A stretch of 64,000 bases of DNA from Opitutia bacterium. GTDB taxonomy: Bacteria > Verrucomicrobiota > Verrucomicrobiia > Opitutales > Opitutaceae. The DNA lies in assembly GCA_003142955.1 (NCBI GenBank), contig PLOH01000072.1, positions 16,539-80,538 on the forward strand, in the 5' to 3' direction. Positions 10,127-19,783 of the stretch are shown here, piece by piece (position 1 is the first letter of the stretch; every line of letters begins with the position of its first letter). Below the pieces are notes generated by a model. That model saw only the letters and a program-made list of their open reading frames with translations. It was not told the origin of the DNA and did not search any database. Both the position numbers and the translations under genes were made by a program.

Positions 10127-11419
10127 ATGGCCAAATCCTCCCGCATGACCTTGTGTTCGTTCTGCGGCAAGTCGCAGGCGGAGGTGAAGAAGATCATCGC
10201 CGGCCCGGGGGTTTATATCTGCGACTCGTGCGTCAACGTCTGCAAGACGATCATCGACCGGGAGATCAAGACGCCGGCCACCGAAAGCCGTCCCGCCTTC
10301 CGCCTGCTCAAGCCCGTGGAGATCAAGCGGACGCTGGACGATTATGTGATCGGCCAGGACCACGCCAAAAAGGTGCTCTCGGTTGCGGTCTACAACCATT
10401 ACAAGCGCCTGATGTTCGATGCCGGCCAGCCGATGCGCGGGAACGCGGCGATGGCACCCGAATTCTCCGAGGTGGAGGTGGAGAAGAGCAATGTCCTGTT
10501 CGTCGGGCCAACCGGCTCGGGCAAGACCCTGCTGGCGCGGACGCTCGCGCGCATCCTCGACGTGCCCTTTGCCATTTCGGATGCCACGACGCTGACCGAG
10601 GCCGGCTACGTGGGCGAGGATGTGGAGAACGTCGTGTTGCGGTTGCTGCAGGCGGCCAGCTACGACGTGAAAAAGGCGGAGTGCGGCATCGTCTACATTG
10701 ACGAGATCGACAAGATCCGGCGAACCACGGAGAATGTGTCCATCACCCGCGATGTCTCGGGCGAAGGCGTCCAGCAGGCCCTGCTCAAGATCCTGGAGGG
10801 CACGGTCTGCAACGTACCCCCGCAGGGCGGCCGCAAGCACCCCAATCAGGAGTACATCCAGGTCAACACGGCCAACATCCTTTTCATTTGCGGCGGCGCG
10901 TTTGTCGGGCTCGAACACTTCGTGAAGAAGCGCATCGGCTCGGGTTCGCTGGGTTTCCACGTGAACCCGGACGACCACAACCTCACGCCGGAGGAGATGA
11001 TGAAGATGATCGCGCCGGAGGATCTGGTGCGCTACGGCATGATCCCGGAGTTCATCGGGCGCCTGCCGATCGTGTCGGTGCTGGATCCGCTGACCGAGGC
11101 CGATTTGGTGCGGATCCTGTTGCGCACGAAGAACGCCATGGTGAAGCAGTACTCGAAGCTTTTTGCCATGGACGGAGTGCAGTTGCGTTTCACGCGCGAC
11201 GCCGTGGCCGCTGTTGCCCGGAAGGCCATCGAACTCAAGACTGGGGCGCGCGCCCTGCGGGCCATCCTGGAGAACCTGATGCTGGAGGTCATGTTCGACC
11301 TGCCGCAGCGCGAGGATGTTGTGGAGGTGGTGATCGACGAGGCCGTGGTCAAAGGCCTCCGCCGTCCGGTGCTCAAGAAGGCGCTCAAGTCCGGCGAGAC
11401 CAAAGCCGACGCCGCGTAG
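10127..11419 (+). CDS. clpX: ATP-dependent Clp protease ATP-binding subunit ClpX
   Basis: N-terminal zinc ribbon CSFCGK...CDSC, Walker A GPTGSGKT, Walker B VYIDEIDK. 430 aa. Confidence 0.95.
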   Translation: MAKSSRMTLCSFCGKSQAEVKKIIAGPGVYICDSCVNVCKTIIDREIKTPATESRPAFRLLKPVEIKRTLDDYVIGQDHAKKVLSVAVYNHYKRLMFDAGQPMRGNAAMAPEFSEVEVEKSNVLFVGPTGSGKTLLARTLARILDVPFAISDATTLTEAGYVGEDVENVVLRLLQAASYDVKKAECGIVYIDEIDKIRRTTENVSITRDVSGEGVQQALLKILEGTVCNVPPQGGRKHPNQEYIQVNTANILFICGGAFVGLEHFVKKRIGSGSLGFHVNPDDHNLTPEEMMKMIAPEDLVRYGMIPEFIGRLPIVSVLDPLTEADLVRILLRTKNAMVKQYSKLFAMDGVQLRFTRDAVAAVARKAIELKTGARALRAILENLMLEVMFDLPQREDVVEVVIDEAVVKGLRRPVLKKALKSGETKADAA

Positions 11420-11440
11420 ATTTTCGCGCCGCGCGAGAAC

Positions 11441-12508
11441 CTACCAATGCCCGTAGTCGCCCGGCTTCAGCGACCGGGCGAACTCGACAAATAGCCGGAC
11501 GCACCGCTCCACGTCCTCCAGATCGACGACTTCGCTCGGGGTGTGCATGTACCGCAGCGGGACGCTCACCAATCCCGTGGCGACGCCTCCGCGTCCCATC
11601 TGGATGGCGCGCGCGTCCGTGCCGGTCGGCCGCGGGTCCGCCTCGAGCTGGTACGGAATCTTGAGCCGCTTGGCCGCCTGCACCAGGTGCGCATAGACCT
11701 TCGGATTGATGTTGGGACCGCGGCAGATGATGGGGCCGCCGCCCAGCTTCGTCTCGCCGTACTTGCGGTTGTCGCAGTCCGGGTGGTCGGTCGCATGGCC
11801 GACGTCGACGGCCAGCGCGAAGTGCGGATTGACCGCGTAGGCGGACGTGGTGGCACCGCGCACGCCGATCTCCTCCTGGGCGGTCGCGACCGCGACAACC
11901 TTGGCGGCGGGCTTCTTCTTGGTCGCGGCGAGGCGGATCAAGGCTTCGCCGACAACGTAGGCCCCGACCTTGTTGTCGAATGCCCGGGAGGTTCCGATGC
12001 TGCCGTGGATCAATTCGAATTCATGGTCGTAGGTGGCGACATCCCCGATCGCCACCCGTTCCAGCGCCTCTTGTTTCGAACGGGCGCCGATATCGATCCA
12101 GATCTCATGAATCTCCGGGACCTTCTTGCGGTCGCTTTCGTCCATGAGGTGGATCGCGCGTTTGCCGGTGACGCCCTTGACGGGACCGGCGGCCGTTTGA
12201 ATGATGACCCGGCGGCCGGAAATCACCGTGCGATCGTGACCGCCGATGGTGTCGAAATAGACAAAGCCGTCCTTGTTGACGTAAGTGATGATCAGCCCGA
12301 GTTCGTCCATGTGTCCGGCGAACATCAGCACGGGATCGCCGCCGGGATTAAGCGTCGCCAGGCGGTTGCCCAGCGCGTCCTTGGCGTACTCGTCCGCGGC
12401 TGGCCGGACGTATTCGTCGAAAACCTTTTGGGCTTCGAATTCGTAGCCCGAAGGGGAGCGGGCATGCAGCAAGGCGGCAAGAAATGGTGGAACGTCGGGA
12501 TGAGCCAT
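11441..12508 (-). CDS. M42 family metallopeptidase (glutamyl aminopeptidase / FrvX-like)
   Basis: Internal ATG (12506-12508) of ORF 11441..12793. MAHPDVPPFLAALLHARSPSGYE, FAGHMDELGLI, and an EEIG-type motif (AQEEIGVRGA). Confidence 0.85.
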   Translation of the reverse strand: MAHPDVPPFLAALLHARSPSGYEFEAQKVFDEYVRPAADEYAKDALGNRLATLNPGGDPVLMFAGHMDELGLIITYVNKDGFVYFDTIGGHDRTVISGRRVIIQTAAGPVKGVTGKRAIHLMDESDRKKVPEIHEIWIDIGARSKQEALERVAIGDVATYDHEFELIHGSIGTSRAFDNKVGAYVVGEALIRLAATKKKPAAKVVAVATAQEEIGVRGATTSAYAVNPHFALAVDVGHATDHPDCDNRKYGETKLGGGPIICRGPNINPKVYAHLVQAAKRLKIPYQLEADPRPTGTDARAIQMGRGGVATGLVSVPLRYMHTPSEVVDLEDVERCVRLFVEFARSLKPGDYGHW

Positions 12509-12552
12509 GATCCGAGACTGGACCGAAACCGGGTCCGGGGACAAAGGCAAAA

Positions 12553-13965
12553 TTACCGCTTGGTTGCCAGGTAGCGATCGATTGCGCGGGCGGTGCGCTT
12601 GCCGTCGCCCATCGCCAGAATCACGGTGGCCGCGCCCCGCACGATGTCGCCGCCGGCGAAGACTCCCGGGAGGCTGGTCATGCCGTCGGTATCCACCTCG
12701 ATATTGCCCCGGCGATTGAGTTTCAGATCGGGGCAGGTGGCCGTAAGGAGGGGATTGGCCCGCGTGCCGACCGCCACCACGACGAGGTCGCACTCGAGGG
12801 TGAATTCGGAATTTGGAATGGCCGTCGGGCTGCGCCGCCCCGAGGCGTCAGGTTCGCCGAGATGCATGCGGACGCATTTGAGGCCGGTCACCCAGTGCTG
12901 CGCATCGCCCAGCACCTCGACCGGCGCCGCGAGCAGCTCAAAGCGGATGCCCTCCTGCTCCGCGTGGTGCACCTCCTCGGCGCGGGCAGGCATCTCCTGG
13001 CGCGTGCGCCGGTAGACGATCATCGATGAGTCGGCGCCCAGGCGCTTGGCGGTGCGGGCGGAATCCATGGCGACGTTGCCCCCGCCGATCACGGCGACCC
13101 GCCTCCGGAGCAGCACCGGAGTGTCGGCCTGGGGAAACTCATAGGCCGCCATGAGGTTGACACGCGTCAGATACTCGTTGGCGGAGTAGACGCCCTTGAG
13201 GTTCTCTCCGGGAACCTGCATGAACACAGGCAGACCTGCGCCATTGGCGATGAATACCGCGTCAAACCGTTCCCGCAATTCGGGGAGCGTGTAGGTGCGA
13301 CCGATGACGACATTGCACTCGATCTTCACGCCCGCCTGCTGCAGGCGCCCGACCTCCTGGTCGACAATTCTTTTCGGCAGCCGGAACTCGGGAATGCCGT
13401 ACACCAGCACGCCGCCCGGTTGATGCAGCGCCTCGTAAATGGTGACATCATGGCCGGACTTGGCGAGTTCTCCGGCGGCGGTGAGGCCGGCGGGTCCGGC
13501 GCCAACCACCGCGACTTTCCGGCCGCTCACGGCCGGGGATACCGCCGCTGGCACCGCGCCCCGCTGTCGCGCCCAATCGGCGACAAACCGTTCGAGGTGG
13601 CCGATGGCGACGGGTGCGCCCCTCACTCCGCGGATGCATTCGATTTCGCATTGGGTTTCCTGCGGACAGACGCGGCCGGTCACTGCCGGCAGCGCGTTGT
13701 CGCCGAGGAGGCTCTGGGCCGCGGCGGTGAAATCGCCTTCTGCGACGAAGCGGATGAAGCGCGGGATGTCCACCATGACCGGGCAGCCCGCCACGCACTT
13801 GGGTTCCTTGCACTGAATGCACCGCTGCGCCTCGAGCATGGCGATCTGCTCGGTAAATCCGAAATTCACCTCTTGAAAGTTACGGTTGCGATCGGTCGCA
13901 TCCTGTTCGGGCATCGCTTGGCGCGGGATCGCCAGACGTTCTTTCATAGAGGGCTTTGAGGGCAT
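12553..13965 (-). CDS. nfnB: GltD-like NADPH-dependent oxidoreductase, probably NfnB (NADH-dependent ferredoxin:NADP+ oxidoreductase large subunit)
   Basis: Two Fe-S Cys clusters (CIQCKEPKCVAGCP; GRVCPQETQCEIEC) and two dinucleotide folds (VAVVGAGPAGL; VAVIGGGNVAMD). Sits directly downstream of a PyrK-like FAD/2Fe-2S subunit, as in NfnAB. Confidence 0.75.
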   Translation of the reverse strand: MPSKPSMKERLAIPRQAMPEQDATDRNRNFQEVNFGFTEQIAMLEAQRCIQCKEPKCVAGCPVMVDIPRFIRFVAEGDFTAAAQSLLGDNALPAVTGRVCPQETQCEIECIRGVRGAPVAIGHLERFVADWARQRGAVPAAVSPAVSGRKVAVVGAGPAGLTAAGELAKSGHDVTIYEALHQPGGVLVYGIPEFRLPKRIVDQEVGRLQQAGVKIECNVVIGRTYTLPELRERFDAVFIANGAGLPVFMQVPGENLKGVYSANEYLTRVNLMAAYEFPQADTPVLLRRRVAVIGGGNVAMDSARTAKRLGADSSMIVYRRTRQEMPARAEEVHHAEQEGIRFELLAAPVEVLGDAQHWVTGLKCVRMHLGEPDASGRRSPTAIPNSEFTLECDLVVVAVGTRANPLLTATCPDLKLNRRGNIEVDTDGMTSLPGVFAGGDIVRGAATVILAMGDGKRTARAIDRYLATKR

Positions 13966-13993
13966 GGAAGACTTCGGGGCGGGGGCCGCAGGA

Positions 13994-14833
13994 TCAGGTC
14001 TTCAATCCGACGCGGCAGGCTTCTTCGTGGAGGGACAGGGCGTGCTGTTCTTGAGTGCGATAGGTGCCGAGACGGTCCCACAGCAGGTCAAAGTCAACCT
14101 GATGGCCGTCGAATTCCGGCCCGTCAACGCAGGCGAATTTCGTCTCGCCGCCCACGCTGACGCGACAGCCTCCACACATGCCGGTGCCATCCACCATCAC
14201 GGGATTGAGCGAGACGATGGTATGCAGGTTGAGAGGGCGCGTAAGGTTGGCGACCGCGCGCATCATGGGCACCGGGCCCACCGCATAGACGATATCCACG
14301 CCACCGGCCGCGAGCACCTCGCGCGCCACATCGGTGACGAAGCCCTTGCGTCCGTAGCTGCCGTCGTCTGTGCAGACCAGGACCTCGCCGAGTCGGCGCA
14401 ACTCCTCTTCGAAAATTACCCATTCCCGCGACCGTCCGCCAATCACGCTCACGACCTGCACCCCGCGGCGCTGGAGACCTTGCGCAATGGGATGGACGAC
14501 CGCCGTCCCCACACCGCCGCCAATGCATAATGCCCGACCAGCGGTGATCAACTCCGTTGGCATGCCCAATGGACCGGAGATGTCCTGGATCGTCCCGCCG
14601 GGTAGCAGCGCCACCAATTCGCGCGTGCTCTTGCCCACGGCCTGAATCACCAGGGCAATGGTTCCCGCCTGACGATCAGCGTCCGCGATGGTCAGCGGGA
14701 TGCGTTCCGCGCCGATCGCCCGGCGGACGATCACGAACTGGCCCGGCTGCCGGATTTCCGCGATGCGCGGGGCGACGACCTCAAGGCGGGTGACATTGGG
14801 GCTCAGTTGAGTTCGGGCGGTGATGAGATGCAT
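13994..14833 (-). CDS. nfnA: PyrK-like FAD/NAD-binding 2Fe-2S subunit, probably NfnA
   Basis: Internal ATG (14831-14833) of ORF 13994..15007. MHLITARTQLSPNVTRLEVVAPRI, and a C-terminal 2Fe-2S motif DGTGMCGGCRVSVGGETKFACVDGPEF. Confidence 0.75.
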   Translation of the reverse strand: MHLITARTQLSPNVTRLEVVAPRIAEIRQPGQFVIVRRAIGAERIPLTIADADRQAGTIALVIQAVGKSTRELVALLPGGTIQDISGPLGMPTELITAGRALCIGGGVGTAVVHPIAQGLQRRGVQVVSVIGGRSREWVIFEEELRRLGEVLVCTDDGSYGRKGFVTDVAREVLAAGGVDIVYAVGPVPMMRAVANLTRPLNLHTIVSLNPVMVDGTGMCGGCRVSVGGETKFACVDGPEFDGHQVDFDLLWDRLGTYRTQEQHALSLHEEACRVGLKT

Positions 14834-15018
14834 ATCCGACGGGCGATTTTTGGCTGCGAGATGTAGGAGAAGAAACCGAGGCAATCCAAGCCCGATATAT
14901 GCCAATTTGCGGCGAAATTTCAGGCGGACTGGATCTGAACCGACGCTGCCGGGCCCGATTAGAACCTGCGGACGATTTCCCTTGGCGCAAGTCCGGCAGC
15001 ATCGCACCTTACGCGGCG

Positions 15019-15744
15019 ATGACCATTTATCCGGCCATTGACATCAAGGGCGGGCGCTGCGTCCGGCTCACTCAGGGACGCGCCGATCACGAGACGGTGT
15101 ATGCAGAAATCCCGGCCGACGTGGCGGCGCAGTACCAAGCAGCCGGGAGCAAATGGGTGCATGTAATCGATCTCGATGGCGCCTTCGCCGGCGAACCACA
15201 GAACGGTGCCGCCGTTCAAGCCATTGTGGCCCTCGGACTGAAGGTGCAGCTCGGCGGAGGGTTGCGCACGGTGGCGGCCGTCGAGCGCGCCCTGGGGATG
15301 GGGGTTTGCCGCGTGGTCATCGGCACCCGCGCGGCGGAAAGCGAGGAATTTGTCGCCGGACTCGTGCAGAGGTTCGGGGAGCAAATCGCCGTGGGCATCG
15401 ACGCGAAGGATGGCCGGGTGGCGGTGAAGGGATGGGTCGACACGACTGCCACCGGGGCGATCGTCCTGGCGCAGCGGATGGATGCGCTGGGAGTGTGCAC
15501 GCTGATCCACACCGACATCAGCACGGACGGCATGTTGACCGGCCCAAACTTCGGGGCGCAGGAGGCCATGCTGGCGGCGGTGAGTTGCCGGGTGATCGCC
15601 TCCGGAGGCGTGAGCCGGCGCGAGGATGTGGCGAAACTCGTGGAGACAAAAAAACGCCGTCCGAACCTGGACGGCGTCATCATCGGCAAGGCGCTTTATG
15701 AACGCCGGGTCGACCTGGTCGATTTGCTCACCCTGGCGGCGTGA
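15019..15744 (+). CDS. hisA: ProFAR isomerase (histidine biosynthesis)
   Basis: MTIYPAIDIKGGRCVRLTQG, VIDLDGA, GGGLR, SGGVS. No other his gene lies nearby. Confidence 0.9.
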   Translation: MTIYPAIDIKGGRCVRLTQGRADHETVYAEIPADVAAQYQAAGSKWVHVIDLDGAFAGEPQNGAAVQAIVALGLKVQLGGGLRTVAAVERALGMGVCRVVIGTRAAESEEFVAGLVQRFGEQIAVGIDAKDGRVAVKGWVDTTATGAIVLAQRMDALGVCTLIHTDISTDGMLTGPNFGAQEAMLAAVSCRVIASGGVSRREDVAKLVETKKRRPNLDGVIIGKALYERRVDLVDLLTLAA

Positions 15745-16333
15745 AGAGAAAATCGCCGACCGGAGCATCTGGCGAAGCATGGCCGATCGGGCGCGAGCGG
15801 TAGCCCCACTGAGCGAGGATCTGCCGAACGGTGGCAGCTTCCGGATTCCCGTGAAAAGCGAGGATGAACACCGGGAGTTTCCGGGCGAGCGTCTCCGCTA
15901 TCCCTTCGATGGCCCGATGAGCGTGGCCCTCGATATCGATTTTAACCAGATCGGGCAGTTGAAGCCGACCATCGGCGATCAGTTCGTCAAGGCGGACGGA
16001 TTCGATCAGAATCGGTCGGCAGGCGGCTTGGGCCGTCTCGCCGTCGTAGCGGAGATGCGTGGTCGTGCTCTCAAGTTTGCCGTACGTGTACAACTCCGCG
16101 GATTCGGATCGATCGGATGTGGCCATCTGGAACAGCTTCAGCTGGGTCAGGCGGTTGAGCCTCCGATGATAGGCGAGCCGGCGGAAGCTAAGCGGATTCG
16201 GCTCGAACGCCCCGACTTGCCCAATGGATCCGACCCGACGGGCCAGCGCGACACTATACAGCCCGTAATGCGCGCCCAAATCCCAACAGCTCCAGCCCCG
16301 GATGTCGCCCAGCGCCAGCAACGCCGACTGCAC
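15728..16333 (-). CDS. FkbM-family methyltransferase (short N-terminus)
   Basis: WDLGAHYGLYSVALA (motif I), FEPNP, LVKIDIEGHAHRAIEG. GTG start. The in-frame upstream sequence (YWRGLHEPA) still looks FkbM-like but is closed by a stop, so the gene may be 5'-truncated. Confidence 0.7.
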   Translation of the reverse strand: MQSALLALGDIRGWSCWDLGAHYGLYSVALARRVGSIGQVGAFEPNPLSFRRLAYHRRLNRLTQLKLFQMATSDRSESAELYTYGKLESTTTHLRYDGETAQAACRPILIESVRLDELIADGRLQLPDLVKIDIEGHAHRAIEGIAETLARKLPVFILAFHGNPEAATVRQILAQWGYRSRPIGHASPDAPVGDFLFTPPG

Positions 16334-16482
16334 GGCTGGTTCATGCAGGCCGCGCCAATAGGATGTTCACGGATAAAGCGACCACCAGGCCCCCTGCGCG
16401 ACTCCTCCCCGGACCTTGACCGGCAGCCAGGCCAGCCGGGTATGGATTAGAATGTAGCTGATCGCATGGTGGAGGGAGGCAT

Positions 16483-17871
16483 TCACGCGGAGCTCACTCG
16501 GCCAGCGATTTCTTCGAGCGGATAGGTGATGATCTCGGAGAGGGTGGGGTGGTACCAGGGCGCCCGGAGGAGATCAAAAACGGTGGCGCGCATCGCCAGC
16601 GGCCCGCTGAAACAGTGGATGAGTTCCCCCGCATCCGGGCCGACGATTTCCGCGCCGAGGATGCGTCCGCGTCGCGGCTCGGCGATGACCTTGACGTAGC
16701 CGTAGGTGGCCTCCATGAGGATCGACTTTCCGTGATCGCTAAATGGATACGACGCGTGCAGCGTGCGCACGCCCCGGGTCCGCCAGTCGCTTTCGCGCCG
16801 GCCGATACTAGCCAGCTGCGGTTCGGTGAAGACCACATCGAGCAAGAGAGCGTCATCGACGGGTTGGATCGGCCGGACGCCGCACGCATGGCGGGCGGCG
16901 AGTTCACCCTGGGCGATGGCGAGGTGCACGATGTCATGCGGGCCGCAGACGTCGCCGGCGGCATAGAGGTGCGGCTGGCTGGATTGCTGCCATCGATTGA
17001 CGAGGATGCGACCTGCGGAACTGACCTTCACGCCGGCGGCATCGAGGCCCAGGCTGGCCGTGTTCGGTTCCCGGCCGAGGGCGTTTAGCAGGTGCCGGGC
17101 CTGACGGACCACCAAGCGGCCGTTCTGCTCGAAAGCGATCCGGAAGCCGCGGCGATGGGAGGAGACCTGCCGGATTTTTGTGTCTGTAAACACCTCGATC
17201 CCCTCGTCCCGGAAGGCCCGCTGCACGACGCCGCTGGCCTCCGGAGAATGGTTGCGCAGGAGGTGCGGGCTGCGTTGAACCATGACCACGCGCGAGCCAA
17301 TCCGCCGCAGGAATTGCGCGAGCTCGCAGGCGACGACGCCACCGCCAAGCACGATCACTGATTGAGGCATACCATCGAGATCGAGCACGTCGTCGCTGGT
17401 CCAGAAGGGCACGTCCGCGAGTCCTGGCACCGGTGGGACGCCGATTTTCGACCCGGTGGCGATCAGCAAGCGGTCGCCCCGCAGACGCGTGCCGTCCGAC
17501 AGCGCCAGCGTATGGGCGTCGACGAAGCTCGCACGGTGGCGGTAGAGATCGTAGGCGCCGGCAGTGAGCTGCCGTACCCGGTAGCGGGCGAAACCGCCGA
17601 TAATGCGTTTCTTCCGGGCCTGGATGGCTTTCATGTCCGCCGCCGCCCGGGGAATCTTCAGGCCGAAAACCCGACCCTGCTGGGCGTGGTGCAGCAACTC
17701 GGCGCTGTAGAGCAGCGTCTTCGAAGGCATGCAGCCCCGCAGGATGCAGAGTCCCCCGAGTGCCTTCGCGCCGTCGATGACCGCGACCTTTCTTCCCAAC
17801 GCCGCGGCAACGCGCGCGGCGTTGAATCCGGCGCTGCCGCCCCCGATGACGATGAAATCGTAGTGGCGCAT
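16483..17871 (-). CDS. class I pyridine nucleotide-disulfide oxidoreductase (dihydrolipoyl dehydrogenase / glutathione reductase-like)
   Basis: DFIVIGGGSAGF; redox-active disulfide GGLCILRGCMPSK; second Rossmann fold VIVLGGGVVACE; C-terminal dimerisation domain. Confidence 0.85.
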   Translation of the reverse strand: MRHYDFIVIGGGSAGFNAARVAAALGRKVAVIDGAKALGGLCILRGCMPSKTLLYSAELLHHAQQGRVFGLKIPRAAADMKAIQARKKRIIGGFARYRVRQLTAGAYDLYRHRASFVDAHTLALSDGTRLRGDRLLIATGSKIGVPPVPGLADVPFWTSDDVLDLDGMPQSVIVLGGGVVACELAQFLRRIGSRVVMVQRSPHLLRNHSPEASGVVQRAFRDEGIEVFTDTKIRQVSSHRRGFRIAFEQNGRLVVRQARHLLNALGREPNTASLGLDAAGVKVSSAGRILVNRWQQSSQPHLYAAGDVCGPHDIVHLAIAQGELAARHACGVRPIQPVDDALLLDVVFTEPQLASIGRRESDWRTRGVRTLHASYPFSDHGKSILMEATYGYVKVIAEPRRGRILGAEIVGPDAGELIHCFSGPLAMRATVFDLLRAPWYHPTLSEIITYPLEEIAGRVSSA

Positions 17872-17887
17872 CAGTGAAGGGGATCGG

Positions 17888-18218
17888 TCACCGACCCTTC
17901 CCGCCGAGCATGATGTGGATGGTTTTCAGGACAATCGAGGCATCAAGGACAAACGAGAAATGGCGGATGTAGTAGAGGTCGTATTCCAGCTTGCGTTGGG
18001 TGTCGTCAAGGTTGGAACCGTACGGATAGTTCACCTGGGCCCAGCCGGTGATGCCGGGTTTCACCAGATGGCGGAAATGGTAGCAGGAGATCTCCCCGCT
18101 CGTAGCGCTTCACCAGTTCGATCCATTCCGCCCGTGGGCCGATCAGGCTCATGTCGCCCCGCAGGACGTTCCAGAGCTGCGGGATTTCGTCCAGCCGGGC
18201 GGCGCGCAGCAGGCGGCC
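17888..18218 (-). pseudogene. C-terminal remnant of a polyprenyl-phosphate sugar-phosphate transferase (bacterial sugar transferase family), frameshifted
   Basis: [29 protein letters not shown] is read in the frame of ORF 18006..18746. After a C4 run at about 18094-18097 the family sequence continues in another frame ([68 protein letters not shown], stop at 17888). Confidence 0.75.
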
Positions 18219-18734
18219 CACGGCGAAGGCGAGGCGGACGTACATGCCGCTGGAGTAGTGCTTCACCTGGGTGTCGAGGAACTTCTCCACCTCGGCGAAC
18301 GCGACGATCTCGTCGAACTTGCGGCGGATCTCCGCGCGCGACATGCCGAGGATGGCGCCGTTGAGAAAGATGTTCTCGCGTCCGCTGAGCTCGGGGTGGA
18401 AACGGGTGCCGACCTCGAGCAACGACGCCACCCGGCCTTTGATCGTCACGGTGCCCTCGGTGGGTTCGGTGATGCGCGAAAGGATCTTAAGCAATGTCGA
18501 TTTTCCCGCGCCGTTCCGGCCGATGATGCCGAGGACTTCGCCGCGCTTGACCTCGAACGACACATCGCGCAAAGCCCAGAACTCCTCCTTCCGAAACCCA
18601 GTGCCCCAACGAAAGCGGCGCCAGAGTTTGCGGGCGGTGTGGTGCAGCGTGTCCCGCAGGTTGTCGTGACGCGATTCATGCTCGATCACGTACCGCTTGG
18701 AGAGGCCTTCGACCTGAATGACGGTGTCAGACAT
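18219..18734 (-). pseudogene. wzt: O-antigen/teichoic-acid type ABC exporter ATPase (Wzt/TagH-like), truncated after the signature motif
   Basis: [15 protein letters not shown], Walker [11 protein letters not shown]-loop, signature [13 protein letters not shown]. Walker B and the H-loop are missing, and the reading frame runs straight into sugar-transferase sequence at about 18216-18221. Confidence 0.75.
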
Positions 18735-18750
18735 GCGAAACGACAAAAGG

Positions 18751-18779
18751 CTGAAAGCTGAAAGACTGAAAACTGAAAG
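18751..18779. repeat. four tandem CTGAAAR units
   Basis: ctgaaag ctgaaaga ctgaaaa ctgaaag lies 17 nt upstream (minus sense) of the wzt start. The 15-mer gctttcagttttcag (its reverse complement) recurs at 23233-23247. Confidence 0.8.
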
Positions 18780-18937
18780 CCGAGCAGGCGAAATCGGAGA
18801 CGAGGAGCGATCGGCTATGATTCCTGTTGGTTCCGGTTCTCCAACTTGGAAGTGATCGTGACGAAAATAGCGATGAGTTCGCCGGTTTCATGAGGTGAGG
18901 ATCAACGGCCAACATCAGTTTTCCGCGGAGTGGGAAA

Positions 18938-19768
18938 CTAGATCACATCCGCGAACTGGCGTTCGGTCCGGCGGAAGTACCACACCCCGGTGACCACCAA
19001 CACCAGGGCGACAACAAACGAGGTCGCAAACTCGGGCAGATAGAACGAATAGTTGGCGCCGAGCAGGCACCACCGAAATCCGTCCACCACGCCGGTGAGC
19101 GGATTGAGCGCGAGGAGATTCCGCCAGTTGGGCAGAAAATCAGTGCGATAGCCCACTGGGGTCACAAACATGCCGATTTGCAGCAGAAACGGCGTGATGA
19201 ACCGGAAGTCGCGGTATTTCACAGTGAGCGCGGTGATCCACAGGCCGGCCCCGAAGGCGATCAGCAGCGCGGCGAAGATGAATGCGGGTAGCAAGAGCGG
19301 ACGCCACGTCGGCAGCACCCCAAAGAAAAGGGCAATCGGCCCGGAAATTGCCAACATGATTCCCATGTCGACCAGCGCAACCGCGAGGGCGGACAGCGGG
19401 ACGATGAGTCGCGGAAAGTAGACCTTGGAAATCAGATGCGAGTTGCCCACGAGACTGTTGCCGGCGCCGCTGAAGGCGGTGGAGAAAAGCTGCCAGGGCA
19501 GCAACCCGGCGAGGACCAGGAGGGGGTAGGGCAGGTCGCCCGCAGGCATTTTTGCGAGCTTTCCAAAGACGAAGGTCAGCAACACCGTCTGGACCGCCGG
19601 CTGGATGATGGCCCACGCAAAACCGAGGACGGCCTGCTTGTAGCGCACCTGGATGTCCCGCCACGCCAGGAATCCCAGCAACTCGCGATAGCGCCATAGA
19701 TCGCGCCAATAATGCTGGTCCGCCCGACCGGCGCGGATGATCAGGATGTCAGAGGATGACGTATCCAT
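18938..19768 (-). CDS. wzm: ABC-2 type polysaccharide exporter permease (Wzm/TagG-like)
   Basis: 276 aa with 6 predicted TM helices. N-terminal YWRDLWRYRELLGFLAWRDIQVRYKQAVLGFAWAI is typical of ABC-2 permeases. Lies upstream of wzt. Confidence 0.88.
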   Translation of the reverse strand: MDTSSSDILIIRAGRADQHYWRDLWRYRELLGFLAWRDIQVRYKQAVLGFAWAIIQPAVQTVLLTFVFGKLAKMPAGDLPYPLLVLAGLLPWQLFSTAFSGAGNSLVGNSHLISKVYFPRLIVPLSALAVALVDMGIMLAISGPIALFFGVLPTWRPLLLPAFIFAALLIAFGAGLWITALTVKYRDFRFITPFLLQIGMFVTPVGYRTDFLPNWRNLLALNPLTGVVDGFRWCLLGANYSFYLPEFATSFVVALVLVVTGVWYFRRTERQFADVI

Positions 19769-19783
19769 ATCCGAAGGGTGTCT

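Noticed and set aside
9632-10978. 448-aa minus-strand ORF spanning clpP and clpX
   Set aside because: It lies antisense to two unmistakable housekeeping genes. The sequence is Arg/Gly/Ala/His-rich and low in complexity, which is typical of shadow ORFs in high-GC DNA, and it has no recognisable motif.
12553-15007. Annotation as glutamate synthase small subunit (gltD) plus dihydroorotate dehydrogenase electron-transfer subunit (pyrK)
   Set aside because: No gltB or pyrD is adjacent. The tight pairing of a PyrK-like 2Fe-2S flavoprotein with a GltD-like protein is the NfnAB arrangement. This is still an inference from context.
15728-15744. 17-nt convergent overlap of the hisA and FkbM-methyltransferase 3' ends
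   Set aside because: Short convergent overlaps are common in compact high-GC genomes. I see no evidence of special regulation.
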